A DNA stretch of 57,631 bases, taken from contig JANLHP010000017.1 in NCBI GenBank assembly GCA_024654445.1, positions 210,524-268,154 of the forward strand. The letters are read 5' to 3'. Positions 9,477 to 17,861 of this stretch are shown here, piece after piece. Numbering within the stretch: the stretch's first letter is position 1; every line of letters begins with the position of its first letter. A program made the position numbers and the translations under genes. Below the pieces are notes generated by a model that made no database searches, was not told the origin of the DNA, and was given only the letters and a program-made list of their open reading frames with translations. Origin of the DNA: Candidatus Curtissbacteria bacterium (GTDB taxonomy: Bacteria; Patescibacteriota; Microgenomatia; Curtissbacterales; GWA2-41-24).

Positions 9477-10844
9477 TTATTCGGCGCATGTCGCTTCGAG
9501 GCCACACCTTGGACATTCTGTTGTGCCAGATCCATAAATGATTATGGTGCCGCAGCGAGGGCAGGGGAAATCGCTGTCGTCTTCGCCAGCATCATTTGTA
9601 GAAGGGGCAAAGTCGGCGGCGGATTGAGCACTGATTGCTTTTGCGAGTCTCGATATGGCAGGGGTGAGACTGAAGCCTTTTTGTTTCCCCGGGCAACCTC
9701 GTCTGCTTGTTTTTGGCATGCGTCTGCCCTTAATTTGGATTTGTTCTTCGATGTCTTCATCGTTTGTGCGAACGAGGTTTCTTGAGGTCCACAAAATTTT
9801 TGCTTTTTCTTGCTTGAACTTTGTAAAAGCATCCTGTTTTACTTTTTTTACTTTTTGTTTGATCTTCTCAACTTCTTCGTCGAAAGTGTTGAGGGTAGTA
9901 TTCCAGATCATTTTGAGTCGCTCTATTGCTAGGGGGGTATCGGCGAGCGTTCGGATGTAGGCTAAAAAATAGGGAATGCAGGGTTCCAATGCCTCTTGAA
10001 GTAGCTCTGTATTTTTTGCCCGATTGTCGAGGGCGAAGTTTTCCAGAATTTGGGGAAGATTAAATTTAGTTTCGGCAGGTCGGGAGAGCATATAGGCAGC
10101 GTTTAAAGTTTGCTCTTGATTTGGTCTTTGGTAGCCTGGGTCTACTTGGCAAAGCGCATCTAAAAACCCGGCATTGGAGTGGTTGGAGTGGTATTTGTTC
10201 GCGGTGATGGTTTCACCATTCTGTTCTATAACGTAAAAAATGTTGTCATGGTAAAGGATGTCGTCGTCCTCGCCTTTTGGTTCCTCTTCTTCGCCGTGTT
10301 TGCAACGTTCCGATCTTGGAGAGGCGACAACTAAGGTGACATCTCTCCTCTCTGCTAGAAGCCTTATTATTTCTTCGAAACCATCAATTTCTGCTAACTC
10401 TCTTTCGACTTCGTTGCTGCCGTTTTCTTCCAGAAATTGTTGACCCTTTTTATATCTTTCGATAACGGGTAGGGGATAATCGTCGCTCCAGAGTTGACTC
10501 TCGTCGTCCAGGTAGTAATGAAAAGTGCTTCTTTCGACCGCCAGACGCTCGCCTAGAGTCTTTTCTAAGTTGTGATAGGTTCTGTCGTTTGTTTGATCAA
10601 GAAGGCTTTCATACTCGGTCTGGGGAATTTTCCCGCGCAGAGGTTGGAGGTCGAGATAATCCTGGATGTCGTGGCGAGGGTTGTAAGCTAGAATTCCTTC
10701 AAAATCTTCGGGTATATTCCAGCGGACCGACTCGCGGGTAACAAGGTGAGACCTTGTCATACAGTGCCATGCGGTCCTCGTCCTTCGGACTGCGGGCCTA
10801 AAGGTCTCTCCTTGTTGATTTAGGTTGCTTGGAATTCGTTCCAT
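9477..10844 (-). CDS. hypothetical 455-aa protein with acidic patch and C-terminal CPxCG…CPxCG zinc ribbon
   Basis: ORF; AGGAGG 8 nt upstream of ATG 10844; C-terminus FPCPRCGTIIIYGSGTTECPRCG. Confidence 0.75.
   Translation of the reverse strand: MERIPSNLNQQGETFRPAVRRTRTAWHCMTRSHLVTRESVRWNIPEDFEGILAYNPRHDIQDYLDLQPLRGKIPQTEYESLLDQTNDRTYHNLEKTLGERLAVERSTFHYYLDDESQLWSDDYPLPVIERYKKGQQFLEENGSNEVERELAEIDGFEEIIRLLAERRDVTLVVASPRSERCKHGEEEEPKGEDDDILYHDNIFYVIEQNGETITANKYHSNHSNAGFLDALCQVDPGYQRPNQEQTLNAAYMLSRPAETKFNLPQILENFALDNRAKNTELLQEALEPCIPYFLAYIRTLADTPLAIERLKMIWNTTLNTFDEEVEKIKQKVKKVKQDAFTKFKQEKAKILWTSRNLVRTNDEDIEEQIQIKGRRMPKTSRRGCPGKQKGFSLTPAISRLAKAISAQSAADFAPSTNDAGEDDSDFPCPRCGTIIIYGSGTTECPRCGLEATCAE
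10743..10813. repeat. A-type stem (AAGGTGAGACCTT / AAGGTCTCTCCTT) whose loop holds a B module; lies inside the first 34 codons of CDS 9477-10844
   Basis: AAGGTGAGACCTT-GTCATACAGTGCCAT-GCGGTCCTC GTCC ttcg GGAC TGCGGGCCTA-AAGGTCTCTCCTT. Confidence 0.75.
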
Positions 10845-11208
10845 TAAAAAACCTCCTATTTAGTCTCGAGGAGGTTTACAAGTCGCTTTAGACCCGCAAT
10901 GCTAATGAGGATCGCAAGCTTCGCTTTTTGGGCGAGTTATCCTGCTCGGGACTATCCTGCGCTAAAGCTTCGGATAGCAAGCTTTTTTAGCTAAGGATTC
11001 CAATCCATTGCGGTATTAGGACTTATACATTGCTTACTAAAGCTTTGTAATTACCTTTGCGGCACAGTTCCGGAGTCAAACCGGATTCCCCGCTTGCCCG
11101 CCTAAATTGAGTCTTTGACTCTATTTGGCGAGGCGATGGAATTTAGATTGTAAATCTAGATTAGCACTGGGGGTGTGAGGAATCAATAGCCCTCGTTTAC
11201 TAAAGCAG

Positions 11209-11441
11209 AAGGTCTCATCCCTGACAGGGTGAGACCTTAAATACTCGGGAGTAACTTTTAGATTTAAGGAATTTTTTAAAATTCCTTGCGGTCCTCGACT
11301 AAAGTCTGCGGGCCTAAAGGTAGGGCACCTCTTCGAGTCTGAGCAATGAGGCTTACCTCAGAGTCGATGACTTTTGAAGACTCCCTCCGTCGCTCTATTA
11401 GAGCAGAGCTCTGGCGAGCAGGCAAGGATGCCACCTTTAAT
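11209..11441. repeat. mosaic block: A hairpin (11209-11238), AAGGAATTTTTTAAAATTCCTT palindrome (11266-11287), B module (11288-11317), full-length C element (~11315-11441)
   Basis: read directly. Confidence 0.8.
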
Positions 11442-11445
11442 CATT

Positions 11446-11937
11446 TCAGCAGCCGTCCGGAAGGATGTTGAAGTTGGGGTTTTGCTGCTTTAGTTCAAAA
11501 TTTAGAATAAACCTAACCGGAAGAGTGCAGAGGTCTTGCTGTTTGAGTTCAAAATCCAAAAACCACTTTTGCGCGAGAACTCTGGATTCAATTGGATTTT
11601 GGTTGACCATTACGAAGAATATATCCGGAGTAGGTACGTAAACAATCCTGAAATCTTGAGATTCAAATAATACGATGTCGCCGTTTTGATTTGATAATTC
11701 CGAAGCTATAATTTTGTCCCTTATCGGTTTTATATCTTTGTTTTCCTGAACAGTTTTTTCTTTAGGAGGGATTATTACTTCTGGAGATAGAGCTGAAGGA
11801 TTTGGTGATTCTAATGGAGTAGGTGACTTCTTGTCGCGTGCCGAAAAGACGCTTAAGAGTATTAAGCCAATTAGGACAAAAATAACCGCAATCGTGAACA
11901 GTGGTGATCTTTGTCTAATCGCGTTTAAATTTAACAT
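11446..11937 (-). CDS. hypothetical single-pass membrane protein (163 aa)
   Basis: N-terminal TM LFTIAVIFVLIGLILLSVF; start overlaps stop of upstream gene (11931-11937). Confidence 0.65.
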   Translation of the reverse strand: MLNLNAIRQRSPLFTIAVIFVLIGLILLSVFSARDKKSPTPLESPNPSALSPEVIIPPKEKTVQENKDIKPIRDKIIASELSNQNGDIVLFESQDFRIVYVPTPDIFFVMVNQNPIESRVLAQKWFLDFELKQQDLCTLPVRFILNFELKQQNPNFNILPDGC

Positions 11938-14048
11938 CCTTTTGCGATACCGCTTTTCCTTGCTACTTGCCAGTAGCAGAAAGGCGTAATGGATTTGTTA
12001 TAGTTGATGGCATTTGTTATTTGAACTCGCCAAGGAACATCACCGTGATCAAATGTTCCATTTTTGCCCCTTCCCATTTGAAACAATCCCCAGGCTCCAG
12101 CTGTGTCTGGTGTGTCGTCTGCCCCTGCTTGTTGATGGGGGCGGTAAGCATTTGGTCCGTAACTGCTTTCTCCCGCGATGATTGTTAGCCAAGTAGAAAA
12201 ATTCGCCGGATCCTCGGCTTGGACCATTTGGGACATTAATTCGAAGCTGAAATCACAAGCCGGATCGCCGAAGTTACCGAGAGGATTATTGAGCGCGTAC
12301 TTGCCCCCGCAATTGTCAGCGGTAACGGGATGGCTTCCCGGGGCACTTTGCCCGAAATCACTGCAGCCCGCGCTTCTTAGTGTTGGATCTTGCTGGTCAA
12401 CAGGAGTCAGGGAAATATTAACTGTTTGCTTGCTGCAGTTTACTGTGCCCACGCCCCTTGTTTTTGGGTCGTCATTTGCCGAAGCACCTTGTGTTTGACC
12501 CGGTTGCTTAAGACCAGGAAGATATTTTCCACCGATTAAGCTATTAGGTATGAAGTAAGAATAAACACCTGGATTTTTTTTATCCGAGTAGCTCAAGTTG
12601 TTCCAAGCTTCAGCTGTCCAGGGTAAGTTAAAAATGGGCCAAATCCTGACAGTAATGTCGCAGTCGTACCGGTCAGAGGTTCCCTGTATGAGGGTACAGT
12701 CTGGTCCTGGCACGGGGTATCGGTTGAGTATGGGCATCTCGTTGCCCCCTTCAGTTGATAATCCGGGCCACCGAAGTGTAAAAGTGCAAACGACATTGTC
12801 ATTGCCTTCTTCAAGTTTGTTGTTATCTACTATATTTTTATAGGGATTGTCACACCTTACATTCATGCCATCGATTTGGTTTATGCGATCAATTTCACCG
12901 GGAGGGAATGGGCAATAGGGTGCCTGACCCGCTTTGGGGTCCTTGCTGGTAATGATACAAGTGGAATTTTCAGGCACTACTTCGGCAAATGCGGGCCTGA
13001 TGAGATCTAGCCTTTCCATTGTTATCTGTATTATTTTGCCGAGGTTTTTAGCTAATCCTTCAGATGTTTTGGTGAGCAGATTTTTACAGAGGTCGATGGT
13101 TGCCGCGAAGATATTGCCGGAGTCTATAGAGCTGGTTTGAACCTCTTTGCATCGTGGATCATTCGGATCTAATTCTGGGTTCAAGATTCTGTGGCACTTG
13201 TCTCTTTGGGTGTCCAAAGGAACAATCAGGCGGTTGAGCTGGTCGGAAATATGGGCGGTACGGAAATGTTCTGGGAGGGTGATGTTTATTTTATAAGACT
13301 GAAAAAGGCACTGACCCTGTTCTAAGCGCTTGATATCTTTTTGTCCGACTGCTGATTTAAAGTTGATAAAACCTTTATGGAATTCGCTATAGGAGGTTGG
13401 GATTTTTTCCCAATATCTGCCCCAAGTGTTAGGGTCTTGAGTTTCTCCTACAGGTTTTGGGTGGCCGAAATCCGTTACCATCTGAAAAATAGTCCTGGGG
13501 TCGCCTCCTTTAATGTCTGAAATTTGAGTTTCGGCTTCTGGTAAATTGTGGCCGGCTTCGGAAGAGACGTAATTAATGTATTTAATTTTTAAATCGTCGA
13601 TCAAAATTTTATCTGAGAGTTTTTGTGCAGGGCCGTGGTAGTTATTCAAATCTTCACCATTGAAGCTGGTTATATCAGAAAGTTGATGCGCAGGATCCTG
13701 GAATTTTCCTCCCCCAAAGTCGGAGTTTTCGGGAGCAAAGACTGCTTGAAGTTTTGAAAAGTCGACTAGGAATGGGAAGTCTTTGGATTCAAGGGGAATG
13801 TATTTCTCGTTGCTTACAGGTATAGTTTGTGCCTGAACATTGCGTAGAGAGTAATTTAATATTATTGGGGCTTCGCCGTCTTCGGCAATTATCGGATTTT
13901 CTGATAAATCTTTTGCGTCTTTTGGAAACGCACATGGTTGAGGGTCGGGAGCAACGGGCGTTTGGGCGGATGCCGAAGAGGGTATAGAGAATAGAGTTAA
14001 GAGGAAGATAAAGATAATTAACTTTAAAATCTTTGGCAGCGCAGGCAT
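11931..14048 (-). CDS. secreted 705-aa protein with C-terminal lytic-transglycosylase (SLT/VirB1-like) domain
   Basis: signal peptide …SSASAQ; C-terminus IIAGESSYGPNAY…AWGLFQMGRG…AINYN has the E-S / GLxQ / Y pattern of SLT domains. Confidence 0.6.
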   Translation of the reverse strand: MPALPKILKLIIFIFLLTLFSIPSSASAQTPVAPDPQPCAFPKDAKDLSENPIIAEDGEAPIILNYSLRNVQAQTIPVSNEKYIPLESKDFPFLVDFSKLQAVFAPENSDFGGGKFQDPAHQLSDITSFNGEDLNNYHGPAQKLSDKILIDDLKIKYINYVSSEAGHNLPEAETQISDIKGGDPRTIFQMVTDFGHPKPVGETQDPNTWGRYWEKIPTSYSEFHKGFINFKSAVGQKDIKRLEQGQCLFQSYKINITLPEHFRTAHISDQLNRLIVPLDTQRDKCHRILNPELDPNDPRCKEVQTSSIDSGNIFAATIDLCKNLLTKTSEGLAKNLGKIIQITMERLDLIRPAFAEVVPENSTCIITSKDPKAGQAPYCPFPPGEIDRINQIDGMNVRCDNPYKNIVDNNKLEEGNDNVVCTFTLRWPGLSTEGGNEMPILNRYPVPGPDCTLIQGTSDRYDCDITVRIWPIFNLPWTAEAWNNLSYSDKKNPGVYSYFIPNSLIGGKYLPGLKQPGQTQGASANDDPKTRGVGTVNCSKQTVNISLTPVDQQDPTLRSAGCSDFGQSAPGSHPVTADNCGGKYALNNPLGNFGDPACDFSFELMSQMVQAEDPANFSTWLTIIAGESSYGPNAYRPHQQAGADDTPDTAGAWGLFQMGRGKNGTFDHGDVPWRVQITNAINYNKSITPFCYWQVARKSGIAKGC

Positions 14049-14101
14049 AAGTTCAGTATATCAATAATTGTTGATTGTTGTGTTGCTAACGATGTGTGGA
14101 G

Positions 14102-14133
14102 AAGGTCTCACCTTGATTCAAGGATGAGACCTT
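14102..14133. repeat. A hairpin AAGGTCTCACCTT-gattc-AAGGATGAGACCTT
   Basis: between pilin 14170 stop and transglycosylase start. Confidence 0.8.
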
Positions 14134-14169
14134 AAATCTAATAATTTTAACGATGTATCGATTTAACAA

Positions 14170-14448
14170 TTACTCTGGAATTCTGACAGTAGTGACGTCT
14201 ACGCCTGTGACCCTTCCAATAAGCTGGAGAATTAGCCAGGACGCGACAACTAAAACAATACCGATTACGGCATAGGTGAGTATGCTTTGCGCCTGGCCGA
14301 CGTTTTTAGGATCGCCGCCCGAGGTGATGTATTTAAAACCGCCGACAATAAGCATGACGAAAAACGCGATCCCTGCCGCCGGAGCGAGCAAAGATATTAT
14401 GCGTTGCAAGACGTCTAGGATATCCGTAATCTGGGCTGGGCCGTCCAT
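14170..14448 (-). CDS. T4SS pilin-like (VirB2/TrbC-type two-TM hairpin) protein, 92 aa
   Basis: FFVMLIVGGFKYITSGGDPKNVGQAQSILTYAVIGIVLVVASWLILQLI module shared by six neighbours. Confidence 0.7.
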   Translation of the reverse strand: MDGPAQITDILDVLQRIISLLAPAAGIAFFVMLIVGGFKYITSGGDPKNVGQAQSILTYAVIGIVLVVASWLILQLIGRVTGVDVTTVRIPE

Positions 14449-14483
14449 ATAAACCTGTAGTTATCGTCTGCCTTGCTAACTTT

Positions 14484-14900
14484 TTAGCACTCTAACTGTT
14501 TTACAGTTGGAATACAGACTCCTCCGCTTAATATCGGGATTCCGAAGAAGGTCTCTACAAGCCTGATCAACGCAAAAGCAATCAAGACAACAACTAAACC
14601 GATTAAAGCAGCTGTTATAGTGCTTCTTGCGTTTGCGACAGCTTTTTCATCTCCACCTGCAAGTATCCAGCGAATACCGCCAACCAAAAGCATGATGAAT
14701 GCGATAACAAAGGCAACAACGATTATGAATTGAATAACTGCTTGGACAATTCCGATTATGTTGTTGACGCCGGGGTCATCAAGGGGAGGTGGTACTATTG
14801 GGCCTTCTCTATCAAGTGGAGCAGGTTGAGCAATTAGTACGGGAGCATAAAAATTAGCGTTTTTGTGTACTAAGTCGATTATTTTTTTAACTTTTAACAT
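14484..14900 (-). CDS. T4SS pilin-like protein, 138 aa
   Basis: FIMLLVGGIRWILAGGDEKAVANARSTITAALIGLVVVLIAFALIRLV; GGAGGTGA SD upstream of ATG. Confidence 0.7.
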   Translation of the reverse strand: MLKVKKIIDLVHKNANFYAPVLIAQPAPLDREGPIVPPPLDDPGVNNIIGIVQAVIQFIIVVAFVIAFIMLLVGGIRWILAGGDEKAVANARSTITAALIGLVVVLIAFALIRLVETFFGIPILSGGVCIPTVKQLEC

Positions 14901-14917
14901 ATATTTATCTCACCTCC

Positions 14918-15427
14918 TCATGGACTTGATCTTGTCGGTAGCTGAAATCCTCCTGAAATAATTTCTATACCAAAGAAGGTTTCTACCAATTTGATTATAG
15001 CAAAAGCACCCAGCACAATTACCAGTCCCAGAAGACCCCAATATATTCTGCTCCAGGCGGTTGAAATGTTTTTGGGGTCACCGTTCGCGAAGATAAAGCT
15101 ATAGCCCGCGAATATCATCCAAATCACGGCGATTACGAAGGCGACGATTATAAGAAGCCAGATGCCGTTTCTGATGAAACCCGCGATGAAATCGGAAACG
15201 CTTTGGTTGCCAATATCTACCACTCCTGAGGGGGCTTCTATCGTTCCGATTCCGGGTTGGACATTCCCTGGCGCTTGATCAATAGGGCCGCGGGGAGCAT
15301 CCTGATCACCGACGCCGTCTTGCGGAGGCGGGAAGGACGGGTCACCTTCTCCTTGAGCGAAAACCGTGGTCGATGAGAAAAGGAAGAGCAGGAGAGGTAA
15401 GGTAAGTGTGATTAAAAGCTTTTTCAT
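14918..15427 (-). CDS. T4SS pilin-like protein with signal peptide and Pro/Gly-rich ectodomain, 169 aa
   Basis: signal …TTVFAQ; VIWMIFAGYSFIFANGDPKNISTAWSRIYWGLLGLVIVLGAFAIIKLV. Confidence 0.7.
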   Translation of the reverse strand: MKKLLITLTLPLLLFLFSSTTVFAQGEGDPSFPPPQDGVGDQDAPRGPIDQAPGNVQPGIGTIEAPSGVVDIGNQSVSDFIAGFIRNGIWLLIIVAFVIAVIWMIFAGYSFIFANGDPKNISTAWSRIYWGLLGLVIVLGAFAIIKLVETFFGIEIISGGFQLPTRSSP

Positions 15428-15438
15428 TTGCGTTTGTT

Positions 15439-15522
15439 CAAGGATCTCACCTCTTCGAGTCTGAGCGATGAGGGCTTGTCCCTCAGAGTCGAAGACTTTC
15501 GAAGACTCAAGGAGAGACCTTG
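15439..15522. repeat. hybrid element: A-type arms (AAGGATCTCACC … GGAGAGACCTT) enclosing the internal core of element C
   Basis: core TCTTCGAGTCTGAGCGATGAGGGCTTGTCCCTCAGAGTCGAAGACTTTCGAAGACTC ~90% identical to cores at 11330-11385 and 17926-17980. Confidence 0.8.
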
Positions 15523-15528
15523 AAGCTT

Positions 15529-15837
15529 CTAAAACTGAATGTTTGTACCCAAGAAATACTGTACAGCTTTTAGGATAACAAATGCCAGAGCGGTTACAAC
15601 AAGGCCGACAACGGCATAAGTTATCATCGCGCCTGCCGCCGACAACTTTTTGGGGTCTCCACCGGATGTTACGAGTCTGATTCCGCCAATAATTATGAAT
15701 ACAACAGCGATTACACCAGCTATACTTGTTAGGATAAGAATGAGGTCGCTTGCCAGGCTGCCTATGTCGGAAAAGAGTCCGGCTGGCTGAAAAATGTCAC
15801 TGTTAATTCTAAATTCTGCAGCGTATGTGTCAAACAT
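15529..15837 (-). CDS. T4SS pilin-like protein, 102 aa
   Basis: VVFIIIGGIRLVTSGGDPKKLSAAGAMITYAVVGLVVTALAFVILKAV. Confidence 0.7.
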   Translation of the reverse strand: MFDTYAAEFRINSDIFQPAGLFSDIGSLASDLILILTSIAGVIAVVFIIIGGIRLVTSGGDPKKLSAAGAMITYAVVGLVVTALAFVILKAVQYFLGTNIQF

Positions 15838-15879
15838 GGACTAATTGTTAATTTCTAATTTTTAATTTTAAAAAATCTG

Positions 15880-15969
15880 ATTTAAGGTGGCATCCTTGAG
15901 TCCTCGAGAGGTGCCCTACCTTAAATCTTAAAAGTTCAAGGATGAGACCTTAACAAGGATCTCACCTTG
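15880..15969. repeat. minimal C element (TIRs only, 15880-15926) plus A-type hairpin (15937-15969)
   Basis: ATTTAAGGTGGCATCC-ttgagtcctcgaga-GGTGCCCTACCTTAAAT. Confidence 0.8.
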
Positions 15970-15991
15970 AACACCAGATTCTCCGAGTTTT

Positions 15992-16624
15992 CTACGTTAT
16001 CGTCGTTCCCAAGAACAATCTGTTAACTACTTGTAATATAGCAAAAGCCAAAAGAATAATGACAAAGCCAATTATGGCGTACATTAGCCTTCCTCGTGCC
16101 TTGCCAACGGCTTCTGGGTTGCCCCCGGACGTGATGAATTGAATACCAGAAAATATTATGAATAGGACTGTAATCATGCCAGCGATGGGGAGGACAACTT
16201 TGAGCGCTGCTTCAACTAAAGTTGGAACCAAATCCTGCTCTTTTTTAAATTTCAAATCGTCGACAGCGATATCTTTTAGGCAGTCACTGAAGCCTTTACA
16301 TGGTTGGGACGAGGTGCCCGAACCGGGTTGTTGTGTGTTCCTGCCACCCGGGTCTGGTTGAGTATTCCCGTCGTCCTGATCTGGTGGGGAGGCGGTTTTT
16401 AGAAAACACGCGGGATGTCCGTACGAATCTATCTCTTCTTCAGTAGCCGAGTTGCAGCCCTCCGGTGGTCTGTCTCGTCCGCATCGGGGGCCGCCCGTAG
16501 TTACATTATGTACATATGGATCTGAGCAATGATTGGCAGAGACAGGGTTCGAGAGGACGGAAAGTGGAGCCAAAATAAGAAAGATAAAAATTAAAATAGT
16601 GAGAGAAAGTTTTTGCCAGATCAT
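15992..16624 (-). CDS. T4SS pilin-like protein with Cys-containing ectodomain, 210 aa
   Basis: signal/TM N-terminus; VLFIIFSGIQFITSGGNPEAVGKARGRLMYAIIGFVIILLAFAILQVV. Confidence 0.7.
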   Translation of the reverse strand: MIWQKLSLTILIFIFLILAPLSVLSNPVSANHCSDPYVHNVTTGGPRCGRDRPPEGCNSATEEEIDSYGHPACFLKTASPPDQDDGNTQPDPGGRNTQQPGSGTSSQPCKGFSDCLKDIAVDDLKFKKEQDLVPTLVEAALKVVLPIAGMITVLFIIFSGIQFITSGGNPEAVGKARGRLMYAIIGFVIILLAFAILQVVNRLFLGTTIT

Positions 16625-16625
16625 T

Positions 16626-17768
16626 TTAAAAACCCAAAGTAGGGCCCAAGATACTCGAACCGATAAATCGTAGAATTAGCACGCTGAGTATTAAAAAGAT
16701 CAAGCCCGCAATAGCAGCGACAAACATGTCTTTTCCCGCCGTTAACTTTTGTTGGTCTCCAGATGAGGTGATTACTCTTATCGCGCCAATTGACATGAGT
16801 ATCAAAGCGATTCCGCCCGCTACGCCCAATGAGATTGTTAAGAATCTCTTAATAAAACCGGCGGGGTCGGTGGGAATGTCACCTACTGCCGTATCGCAGA
16901 CATTGTTTTGGCAAGGATTTTGGCCGGAGATTAGGTTTGATGCGTCTTCTTTATTTGGATCGTTGGTAGGCGGAAGAACTTGCCCACCCGCAGGGTCTAT
17001 CTTTACTACGAACCTTTTATACGTAAATCCCCCGGAACATTCGCGGGTGTCCCCAGATATCGAATGCTCGTCAACTTTCTCGTTAATGTCGATTACGTAT
17101 GTCCCAGCTTCTACAGGGGGGAAAGAAACTCTTGTAGAGCCTGTTTCTGGGATCGTGAAGCATCTTTCCTGTTTAAATCCGCCTCCGGTTTGAGTTTTCA
17201 TAACAGCTTGGTAATTATTGCGGTCGTCGGGGCCTGGTCTTCTGCCACTTGCATCGACGAACGTTTGGTCCGAGGGCGTGAAGGTTCCCGAAGAAGTAAC
17301 CGTTACGTTTATCGATAGGTATTCGTGTTTTACCTTAAAGGCTGCTGTTTGAACCTCGCTATTACTGCCTTCGGGGTAAAGCCTAATCCTATAAGTATGT
17401 CCGCCGTGAAAATAGTCGTCGGGGCCACAGTCCTGGTTTATTTTAACGGCATCCTGGCCGTCTCCGCATACTCTTACAGATATCTTATTCTCTGCGTCAG
17501 ACCTTACATCTTTTCTAGCCCAAGCGTCATTGACGATTATCCGGTTGTGAGTTATAGACTCGCAGTGATGTGGGTCAGACAATACACAAAGGTCATAATC
17601 TTTATTCGGCTGTAATCCCGAAAAGACAATGTCTACGAAAGGAACTGTTTCGTTAAGTTCTGTAAAGGTGGGAGGAAATATGATTTCTTGAGCGTGGGCG
17701 GAATTGACTTGGGCTACAAGCGAGGTTGCGAGGACGGCTAGTCCGACAAAAAGTTTCTTGAAATTCAT
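16626..17768 (-). CDS. T4SS pilin-like module fused to ~300-aa Cys-rich secreted ectodomain, 380 aa
   Basis: signal …NSAHAQE; C-terminus LILMSIGAIRVITSSGDQQKLTAGKDMFVAAIAGLIFLILSVLILRFI. Confidence 0.7.
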   Translation of the reverse strand: MNFKKLFVGLAVLATSLVAQVNSAHAQEIIFPPTFTELNETVPFVDIVFSGLQPNKDYDLCVLSDPHHCESITHNRIIVNDAWARKDVRSDAENKISVRVCGDGQDAVKINQDCGPDDYFHGGHTYRIRLYPEGSNSEVQTAAFKVKHEYLSINVTVTSSGTFTPSDQTFVDASGRRPGPDDRNNYQAVMKTQTGGGFKQERCFTIPETGSTRVSFPPVEAGTYVIDINEKVDEHSISGDTRECSGGFTYKRFVVKIDPAGGQVLPPTNDPNKEDASNLISGQNPCQNNVCDTAVGDIPTDPAGFIKRFLTISLGVAGGIALILMSIGAIRVITSSGDQQKLTAGKDMFVAAIAGLIFLILSVLILRFIGSSILGPTLGF

Positions 17769-17861
17769 CTCAATTTCAGTTTAGCACTAGGAAAGTGTAG
17801 GTAGCAAAAGAAATGATAATTGTTACATTGTTAAATTGGTGATTGATAAATTGTTAGGGAA

